From NCBI GenBank assembly GCA_002269645.1, contig NIVC01003361.1:38415-102414 (forward strand): 64,000 nt of DNA, read 5' to 3'. Under the pieces are notes generated by a model. That model saw only the letters and a program-made list of their open reading frames with translations. It ran no database searches and was not told the origin of the DNA. Numbering within the stretch: the stretch's first letter is position 1; each line of letters opens with the position of its first letter. The stretch is from Macrostomum lignano. Its lineage: Eukaryota. Both the position numbers and the translations under genes were made by a program. Shown piece after piece: positions 41,716 to 64,000 of this stretch.

Positions 41716-44526
41716 TCACCAACGAGGAGACAGTCGGTCTGGGGCGACCCCTTTGGTCGACCTGCAGCTTCGTCGGGGCTCCGGTGTAGCTTCAGCGGCC
41801 TGCTGCGGTGGTGCCGCTGCGTCTGGCCGCTGGCTATCAGGTTCCGGGTTCCGGCCGCCTTCGTCAGGGTTCCGGCCGCCTTCGTCAGGGTTCCGGTCGC
41901 CGTCGTCAGGGCTCCGGCCGGCATCGTCAGGGTCCCGGCCGCTGTCGTCAGTGTTGTCCGTAACTTCCGCCCGGCTTGGACTCGGACGCAAGCGCAGCTG
42001 ATCCCGGTGTGCCAGCACAGGCCTGTCATCCTTGTCCCGGGTGACCACGGCCGTGTTGTGGCCGGCCTGTACCACAAAGCGGACGGTCTCAGCCGGCCCC
42101 CCTGGCCGCGACTGGTAGACGAGCGGCGCATCGGTGTCGAATTGGAGGGTCAGCGGACTTCGCAGCTGTCGCCCCATAAGCGCAGATGGACTGCCACGCC
42201 CGTCGCCCCGCGGAGTGGCCCGGTAGTTAAGCAGCAGCTTGGCGAGGTACGCGTCGAACCGGCCCTGGTGCACGGCGAAGGCCCGCAGCCCCTTCTTGAC
42301 GGTCTGGACCATGCGCTCGGCGCACCCGTTTGACTGCGGATGATACGGCGGCGAGTGCATCGGCGAGCAGCCGATCTTCTTGAGCCACTCGTGCAGCTGC
42401 TGGTCACCTAACTCCGGAGCATTGTCCGCCACCAAGGTATGCGGCACACCCAGGCGGGAGAAAATCAGGCGGAGTACCTTGATGACCGTCGTCGCGCTCT
42501 TGTCGGCAACAGGCACCGCTTCCGGCCAGCCGGAGAAGGCGTCCACCACAATGAGCAGCAGGCCGAAGCCGGGAACGTGAGCATGGTCCATGTGCACGCG
42601 TCTCCAGGGACCATCTTCAGCCGGCCAGGTGTGGCACGTTCTGGCAGGCATTGGACGGATCTCCGCGCATCGCTGGCATTGCTTGACGAAGTTTTCGACG
42701 TCCTCGCAGTGACCCGGCCACCAGGCTTCCAGCTTGAGTCGATTTCTTGTCGCTAGGGCACCGCAGTGCGAGTCGCCGTGAGCCGCTCGCAGCACGTCTT
42801 GCCGCAGCCGGCTAGGCGGGACCACCAGGTTTCTCAGGCAGACGACGCCATTCTCCACTGAGAGCTGCTGGCGGACGGCTTTATACGGTCGCTCCGCTGC
42901 CGAGCAGTTGTTCCACGCATTGCTGCGGATCCTGCGCTTGACGCTGGCGAGCACCGGGTCATTGTCAGTGGCGTCTCTGATCTGCTCCAGCTTGAGCACC
43001 TCCGTCTCTGTCCAGTGAACGAAGCTTTCCTGGCAGTCGTCTCCATCGCCTTCCTCCTTGAATTCAATTCGAGACAGCGCGTCGACATGCGGGATGCAGC
43101 TGCCCTTGATGTACGAGATTTCGTAGTCGAAGGCCGACAGCTGCAACGCCCAGCGCATGATCCTAGCCGATGTGACCTTTGGAAGCTCCCGAGACGGACT
43201 AAAAATGAACTCCAATGGTTGATGATCGCACTGGAGCACAAACTTGCTGCCGAGAAGAAAGTGTCTGGCTCTCTGAGTGGCCCACACCACAGCCAGGGCC
43301 TCTCGCTCGATATTCGAGTAATTTCTCTCAGCCGGTGTCAGCCGTCTTGACAGGTACATCACTGGGTGCTCGTCCTGAGAGAGGATTGCTGCTATGGCCT
43401 TTTCGCTGGCGTCTGTAGTCAGAGTTGTGCGCTTTCTTGCATCGAAGATTCGGACCACTGGGGAAGCTGCAAGCGCCTGCTTGAGCTCGTCAAACGCTTT
43501 CTGCTGCCGAGGTCCCCAATGGAACGCGACTTTCTTGCTCCGCAGCTCGGTCAGCGGCTCGGTCTTCTCCGAGTAGGACTTGATGTAGCGCGAGTAGTAC
43601 ACCGTCATTCCTAGAAACGATTCGAGTTCCTTTTTGCTCGCCGGGGTGCTCACGCCGAGGATTTTCTCCACCAGCTTCCGATCAGGGCGCACGCCGTCAG
43701 CCGCGATGCGGTAGCCAAGGAAACTGATTTCCGTGCTGCGGAAAACGCACTTTTTTTCGTTGATTGACATGCCGGCATCAGAAAGCGCTCTCAGCAGGTC
43801 CCGGACTTTGCTGTCCAATTCGTCCGCTGTGGTGGCGCCAACGCACATGTCGTCTTGGTAGATCACCAGGTTGCTGACCGCACCGCCGACCGTTGCCTCC
43901 ATGGCAGCCTGGAACTGCGCACTGGCCGTCTTCACCCCGTATGGCATGCGCGTCCATCTGAGCAGGCCTAGGGGCGTGTTGATGGTGAGTATTTCTCTGG
44001 AGGCCTCGTCTAGCTCAATCTGGTTGTAGGCATTTGTTAAGTCTACAATTGCGAAGTGCTTCATACCTGCCAGGGCACTGAAGGCTTGCTCGATGTTGGG
44101 CAGTGGGTAGGCGTCAGAGCAGATCTTCGGGTTCACCCCGACCTTGTAGTCGGAGCAGATTCTCAGGTCTCCGTCGGCCTTGCGCACCACCACAATGGGC
44201 GATGCCCAACTGCTGCCGCCTGGCGGCACGGGCTCGAGGATCCCGGCGTCGATCATCGTCCGCAGCTTAGCCACCACCAGCGGCTTGAGATGAATCGGGA
44301 GCGGCCGGGCATCGAAGAAGCTGGGCTGAGCGTTCTCCCTGAGCAGGACCCGAGCACGGAAACCTTTGAGCTTGCCTAGCGGTTTGCTGCTGCGCTCCAC
44401 TTGATTGACAGTCGCTGTGTCCAGCTTGAAGTCCAGCACGTCTGTTCCGATGAGGCCGTGCTCCTTTGTGCATTCGGTGACCGTCACGTCCGCACAGGCG
44501 ATTTGTCTCCCGACTTCGATGAGCAT
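41716..44526 (-). CDS. pol: Pol: protease C-terminus, RT (YQDD), RNase H (TDAS, EREAL), integrase (HHCC, DAFSG/DNAPE/ERMV)
   Basis: 936-aa ORF; domain order RT-RH-IN is Ty3/Gypsy. Confidence 0.96.
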   Translation of the reverse strand: MLIEVGRQIACADVTVTECTKEHGLIGTDVLDFKLDTATVNQVERSSKPLGKLKGFRARVLLRENAQPSFFDARPLPIHLKPLVVAKLRTMIDAGILEPVPPGGSSWASPIVVVRKADGDLRICSDYKVGVNPKICSDAYPLPNIEQAFSALAGMKHFAIVDLTNAYNQIELDEASREILTINTPLGLLRWTRMPYGVKTASAQFQAAMEATVGGAVSNLVIYQDDMCVGATTADELDSKVRDLLRALSDAGMSINEKKCVFRSTEISFLGYRIAADGVRPDRKLVEKILGVSTPASKKELESFLGMTVYYSRYIKSYSEKTEPLTELRSKKVAFHWGPRQQKAFDELKQALAASPVVRIFDARKRTTLTTDASEKAIAAILSQDEHPVMYLSRRLTPAERNYSNIEREALAVVWATQRARHFLLGSKFVLQCDHQPLEFIFSPSRELPKVTSARIMRWALQLSAFDYEISYIKGSCIPHVDALSRIEFKEEGDGDDCQESFVHWTETEVLKLEQIRDATDNDPVLASVKRRIRSNAWNNCSAAERPYKAVRQQLSVENGVVCLRNLVVPPSRLRQDVLRAAHGDSHCGALATRNRLKLEAWWPGHCEDVENFVKQCQRCAEIRPMPARTCHTWPAEDGPWRRVHMDHAHVPGFGLLLIVVDAFSGWPEAVPVADKSATTVIKVLRLIFSRLGVPHTLVADNAPELGDQQLHEWLKKIGCSPMHSPPYHPQSNGCAERMVQTVKKGLRAFAVHQGRFDAYLAKLLLNYRATPRGDGRGSPSALMGRQLRSPLTLQFDTDAPLVYQSRPGGPAETVRFVVQAGHNTAVVTRDKDDRPVLAHRDQLRLRPSPSRAEVTDNTDDSGRDPDDAGRSPDDGDRNPDEGGRNPDEGGRNPEPDSQRPDAAAPPQQAAEATPEPRRSCRSTKGVAPDRLSPRW

Positions 44527-45575
44527 CCTCTAGTTCTGATGACCGTTCCGTCAAATTGTCGCAGTCTCAGCTTGGACTTTCGTAGCTTGGGCTCACCGAG
44601 GCTCCTCCAGAAGTTTATCGGAATGATGCTCGCACCGGATCCAGAGTCGAGCTGCATTTTGAACGGCTTGCCTTCAATGAGCACAGTTTTTATGCTGCCG
44701 CTTCCGCTCTCGTTGCCGACGATGGTGTAGATGCCTGCCTGCTCACACTCACTCGTGTCGATTTCATGGGCAGGTGCAACCGACTTGGACTTGGCGCTGC
44801 TCCTGCAGACTGCAGCAAAGTGGTTCCTGCGGTGGCACTTGTTACAGGTCTTCCCGAATGCAGGGCATTTGCCTGGCTGGTGCTGCAGACCACACGACCT
44901 GCACTGAGCACCGCTATTGCGGTTCCTGTCGATGCTGGCAACTGGTGTCGAACTCTCAGCCGTCTCGGAGCTTCTGCTAGGCTCTCGGGCTTCAGCAGAT
45001 CGGTCGCTTGAGCTGTAGCTCTGGATGAGCTCTAACTGCTGGATGTACTGCAGACACGTGTCCAGAGTCACTGGATTCTCAGAGCTCTGAATGTGCTCAA
45101 GTGTTTTAGTCCGCTGGCTGTGGTCGCACAAGCCGCTGATCAGCAGTGTTTGGATCAAGTCATCCTCGGCTGACTGTTTGCAGTCTTTTTCGTTGAGCTT
45201 ATCAAACTCACAGTGCTTTGCCGCGTCTCTCAAGCGCTCCGCGAACTGCTGGGCCGACTCTGTTGACAGCTGCCGCTGGGACATGAACCTTGTGCGCTCT
45301 GCAATCACCAGTTTCTTTTTGGGCTGGAGTCGCCCGATGATCATTTTCTTGATGTCCTTGAAGGTCATATCCTCAATGTTTTTCGGCTTTGCCATGATAG
45401 AGACGGATCGGACTGCATTGATTCCTGCTCGAGCAAGTAAGAGGTCTGTCACCTGCTTCTCTTCGTTTGTATCTTGCAGTTTTTTGTGCCTGCACAGTGC
45501 TTCAAAACTTTGCAGCCAGGCCTCAGCCATGGCTGGATCATTGAGAGGTAATTCACTGGCTGCTTGCGACGCCAT
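44484..45575 (-). CDS. gag: Gag with tandem zinc knuckles plus aspartic protease N-terminus (LDSG)
   Basis: 363-aa ORF; CRSCGLQHQPGKC and CNKCHRRNHFAAVC; MQLDSGSGASII. Confidence 0.93.
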   Translation of the reverse strand: MASQAASELPLNDPAMAEAWLQSFEALCRHKKLQDTNEEKQVTDLLLARAGINAVRSVSIMAKPKNIEDMTFKDIKKMIIGRLQPKKKLVIAERTRFMSQRQLSTESAQQFAERLRDAAKHCEFDKLNEKDCKQSAEDDLIQTLLISGLCDHSQRTKTLEHIQSSENPVTLDTCLQYIQQLELIQSYSSSDRSAEAREPSRSSETAESSTPVASIDRNRNSGAQCRSCGLQHQPGKCPAFGKTCNKCHRRNHFAAVCRSSAKSKSVAPAHEIDTSECEQAGIYTIVGNESGSGSIKTVLIEGKPFKMQLDSGSGASIIPINFWRSLGEPKLRKSKLRLRQFDGTVIRTRGCSSKSGDKSPVRT

Positions 45576-45829
45576 TGTCGTGTCGTGGCTGGCTAGCCAA
45601 ACTTGAGCCGCAAATGGGCGAGAGGTTGTTATTTATTGTAGTTGGCATTGCACATAGATGTACATGCAGATACGAGTAAAGCATCAGCTAATAGATTAGA
45701 CGGTTAGGCATAAGCGTACATTGACAGACAGAGCAGGCGGGGAGAGAGCAAGCAGTCCTAAACTCAGCGCCAATAACAATTGGGGTGCAGCCCCACACTG
45801 CGCACTTCAAGTCAAGTCACGATACAACA
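45576..45829 (-). repeat. 5' LTR (254 bp)
   Basis: One visible substitution versus the 3' LTR (GAGTAAAGC vs GAGTGAAGC); followed by A-TGGCGTCG (PBS-like). Confidence 0.95.
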
Positions 45830-46325
45830 GTCCATCAGTCAGTCCATCTGCGCTTATGGGGCGACAGCTGCGAAGTCCGCTGACCCTCCAATTCGACACC
45901 GATGCGCCGCTCGTCTACCAGTCGCAGCCAGGTGGGCCGGCTGAGACCGTCCGCTTTGTGGTACAGGCCGGCCACAACACGGCCGTGGTCACCCGGGACA
46001 AGGATGACAGGCCTGTGCTGGCACACCGGGATCAGCTGCGCTTGCGTCCGAGTCCAAGCCGGGCGGAAGTTACGGACAACACTGACGACAGCGGCCGGGA
46101 CCCTGACGATGCCGGCCGGAGCCCTGACGACGGCGACCGGAACCCTGACGAAGGCGGCCGGAACCCTGACGAAGGCGGCCGGAACCCGGAACCTGATAGC
46201 CAGCGGCCAGACGCAGCGGCACCACCGCAGCAGGCCGCTGAAGCTACACCGGAGCCCCGACGAAGCTGCAGGTCGACCAAAGGGGTCGCCCCAGACCGAC
46301 TGTCTCCTCGTTGGTGATGAGGGGA

Positions 46326-46579
46326 TGTTGTATCGTGACTTGACTTGAAGTGCGCAGTGTGGGGCTGCACCCCAATTGTTATTGGCGCTGAGTTTAGGAC
46401 TGCTTGCTCTCTCCCCGCCTGCTCTGTCTGTCAATGTACGCTTATGCCTAACCGTCTAATCTATTAGCTGATGCTTCACTCGTATCTGCATGTACATCTA
46501 TGTGCAATGCCAACTACAATAAATAACAACCTCTCGCCCATTTGCGGCTCAAGTTTGGCTAGCCAGCCACGACACGACA
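46326..46579 (+). repeat. Third, inverted LTR copy (254 bp) with PPT at 46316-46325
   Basis: Matches the 3' LTR allele at the diagnostic site. Confidence 0.95.
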
Positions 46580-47704
46580 AAGTGATTCATTTCTGAATTC
46601 TGAGGCCCAAAGCTATAGGCTTAAAAAGGCCGAACCCATCATAAGAAGATAACATCGACATTAAATTGGGGCTCTGCGTTCTGCAAATGTACGAGTACAA
46701 AGGGGATGTGGTTGAGTGCGCGATCGAGGACAGAGTTAGAATCGAGCCCGGAAAGATATTAGACTTGACACACAGAGACACCACTCAACAGCTATGAAAG
46801 AGCATCAAGGTACAAAATTACCAAAAAACGGATCAGGACGGGAGCCGACTCAGATTTAATATTGTGCATTTTGACCTGACTGCATTTCTTTACTAAATTA
46901 CTTGTAGTAGACAGTTTCAAGAATTTATGTTTTAAGTCGACAGTCGTCGATAATTCCGAAGCGTTTTTTAGGTTTGTGGTAGCAGCAGGCTGTTTCGCTG
47001 CATAAATTCGTAGAACCAGAAATGACTGGATGAAACATCTGCTGCAGCATTGTCACCCTAATATTCAACCACATCAGTTCGTTATTCTACAAAATAAACC
47101 TGATGAGAGGGGCCACGCGTCAAAATACTTAGATGCATGTTTATTATCAGTTTTTTGTAGAAAGCTTTTTCAAAAAATGAAAGAATCGATGCTCTATTTC
47201 AATGACATTTTGAAGTTAACCACGTGGTGGCACTGTTCGACGACAATGAATCATGCCCGATGTTTTCCTCGAATTTTTGTCTTCAACTTTGGCCTTGTAC
47301 GAGTTGAAGAGGTATTTTCTTTTAGTGCAGTTCCAGTCTGCTTCTGTTTAATGCACTCGAATTTCTAGTTAAAAAACTGCTAGTCAGGGTCTGCCTTCCC
47401 GCACCAGAATTGAACTAAAGTTTTCTGTTCTTTGGCTCTTGCTCTCTACTATACAACAGATCCAATCGTAGGTACGCTGTTAAATCTTTCCGCCTCCAAC
47501 CAATAAGAAACCCGGGACCTGCCAATTGGCTGTCCGGTTGTAGAAAATGCAAATAAAACTGGCTCCACGATAAACCCAGACACGCGCCGCGTCTGTTATA
47601 GTGTTTGCAGGTCGGAAACTTGATTCACAGCGTATCTGTGAGCTTGCTAACTGTGTTGCCCAAGAAACAGCCAGGCACCCACAGCCATGGGACAGTCCGC
47701 GGCC

Positions 47705-62650
<14,946 letters not shown>

Positions 62651-63176
62651 GTACGATCACCCTGTAGCGTCTCGAGCTCGGCCTGAAGTGGCTTTTTTGG
62701 AAGTTGATCGTACGAGTATGAAACTGCAAAAGTACACAAAACAAAGGTCTGAATCAACAAGAAGTAAATGTTATATCTCTTTTCGCTAATCAAGACATCA
62801 TTTTTATGACCCATTTTTCCTGATATCTAGCAGTAAAGCCTTTAGAGAGAACAATATCGTGACTAATTAATGGAAGATTAAATTAGTAGCCGTTAGTAAC
62901 AGAAATAGTAAAACCGTTTGTCATTTTATTGAAGTAATTTTTTAAAGAATCAATAAACGATTATCTTTACTTGTGCTACTGATTTTTGCGATGGTACCTT
63001 GGTTCATTAAATAAAATAAAGACGCAGCTCCAGTGATTGCTTCGCGTGCAATACTCTAGATCCCTAGTGTGGTCCTCTTGTTCAATTTGATGTATGCTCG
63101 GCGATTTTGAGTCAGTTCAGTGGTATGAATGGGTTACAAGATGTATTGTATTCTAAGTGAGATTGTGAGATTGTGA

Positions 63177-63876
63177 GATTGTGATTGTGAGAATTTCCAA
63201 GTCAAGAGAAGCTGGAAACCGGCCGAAATTAAGAATTCCAAGTTTACACGAACTGACTTTGACTGGGCCTGGAGATTCTGCCTTCCCTTCGACTCTCCGC
63301 CGCCTCGCTTTCGATTTCTGCCCGAGTTCACCCAGTCTCTGCTCACAGCCAGACTGTCGCAGCCTCGCTCCTCCCACCTGTACGTGAACTTCCGCTGCCT
63401 TGGCTGGAGTCTGCAAGCTGAGCTGCTCCGCAATTGCGCACCTGAAATCTCATTCGACGCGTGGGTGGAGGAGCTGCAGGAAGACCCAGATTTGGAGGAG
63501 CTGCAGGAAGACCCAGATTTGGAGGAGCTGCAGGAAGACCCAGATTTGGAGGAGCTGCAGGAAGACCCAGATTTGGAGCTGCAGGAAGACCCAGATTTGG
63601 AGGAGCTGCAGGAAGACCCAGATTTGGAGGAGCTGCAGGAAGACCCAGATTTGGAGGAGCTGCAGGAAGACCCAGATTTGGAGGAGCTGCAGGAAGACCC
63701 AGATTTGGAGGAGCTGCACGCCCATGGCTCACTACAGCGACAGCCGTGAGCACGTGAAGTTCTGCCATGAGCAGATAAAGACAATCAGGGATGAACGATG
63801 CGTTGCCATGGAGTCGCAGGACGAGGAGAAGATCCGGTGTGTCACGAAGAAGCTGGAGCGACTTCTACGCTTGTAG
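63177..63876 (+). other. Unassigned coding-like segment with an in-frame 27-bp repeat (EELQEDPDL)n
   Basis: Stop-free frame from about 63177 to 63749 without ATG; a second protein-like frame 63723-63876; no recognised family. Confidence 0.35.
63468..63718. repeat. 27-bp minisatellite GAGGAGCTGCAGGAAGACCCAGATTTG, about 9 copies (one 24-bp unit)
   Basis: Direct reading. Confidence 0.95.
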
Positions 63877-64000
63877 AGTCATCGGTGAGTCCAAAACCTG
63901 AGCTAAACGTCTGGACTCGGCTTTGATTTTTCGCTTTCCCTTGGCGGAAAAAGCATCAACTGAGAGAGTAATGTACTAATTCAAACTTATTGTCTTAAAA

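Larger units (their letters stand above)
41454..46579 (-). mobile_element. Ty3/Gypsy (Mag-like) LTR retrotransposon with an appended 740-bp inverted duplication; 5-bp TSD AAGTG
   Basis: Canonical unit 41454-45829; AAGTG at 41449-41453 and 46580-46584; 45840-46579 is the reverse complement of 41454-42193. Confidence 0.95.

Noticed and set aside
41599-46434. ORFs starting MTDRAGGER (41599..42333, 45721..46317, 45835..46434)
   Set aside because: TTG-start frames crossing LTR/pol; by-products of the inverted duplication, not independent genes
41454-46579. DIRS-type element (inverted termini)
   Set aside because: Encodes a DDE integrase, has no tyrosine recombinase, and has a 5-bp TSD and canonical PBS/PPT

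Overview
Eukaryotic (animal) genomic DNA. No prokaryotic features and no CRISPR array. GC-rich exons, short AT-rich introns and heavy intronic minisatellite load resemble a free-living flatworm such as Macrostomum (inference, not verified). Three spliced genes were reconstructed by hand with consistent GT-AG phases. (1) A minus-strand cadherin at about 1.5-9.5 kb: signal peptide, 5 EC repeats and a Ser/Thr mucin-like stalk, CDHR2/CDHR5-like. (2) A complete minus-strand Nipped-B/NIPBL cohesin loader at 15511-32116: 10 coding exons, about 2270 aa, one apparent 1-nt frameshift. (3) A plus-strand perlecan-like gene from 47705 to at least 62650: 27 exons, Ig x6 - LDLa x3 - Ig - EGF/LE - laminin B - LE - Ig x8 or more, two apparent 1-nt frameshifts. 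Between NIPBL and the perlecan-like gene are non-autonomous TIR elements, two copies of a promoter-bearing dispersed repeat, and a young Mag-type Ty3/Gypsy retrotransposon. The most unusual object is this retrotransposon (41454-46579). It has three 254-bp LTRs and 740-bp terminal INVERTED repeats. Both outer ends are the same (right/U5) LTR end, yet they are flanked by a perfect 5-bp target-site duplication, and the internal junction carries templated filler. Minisatellite families are also shared between neighbouring introns and fill the introns of the two left genes, but are almost absent from the right gene.
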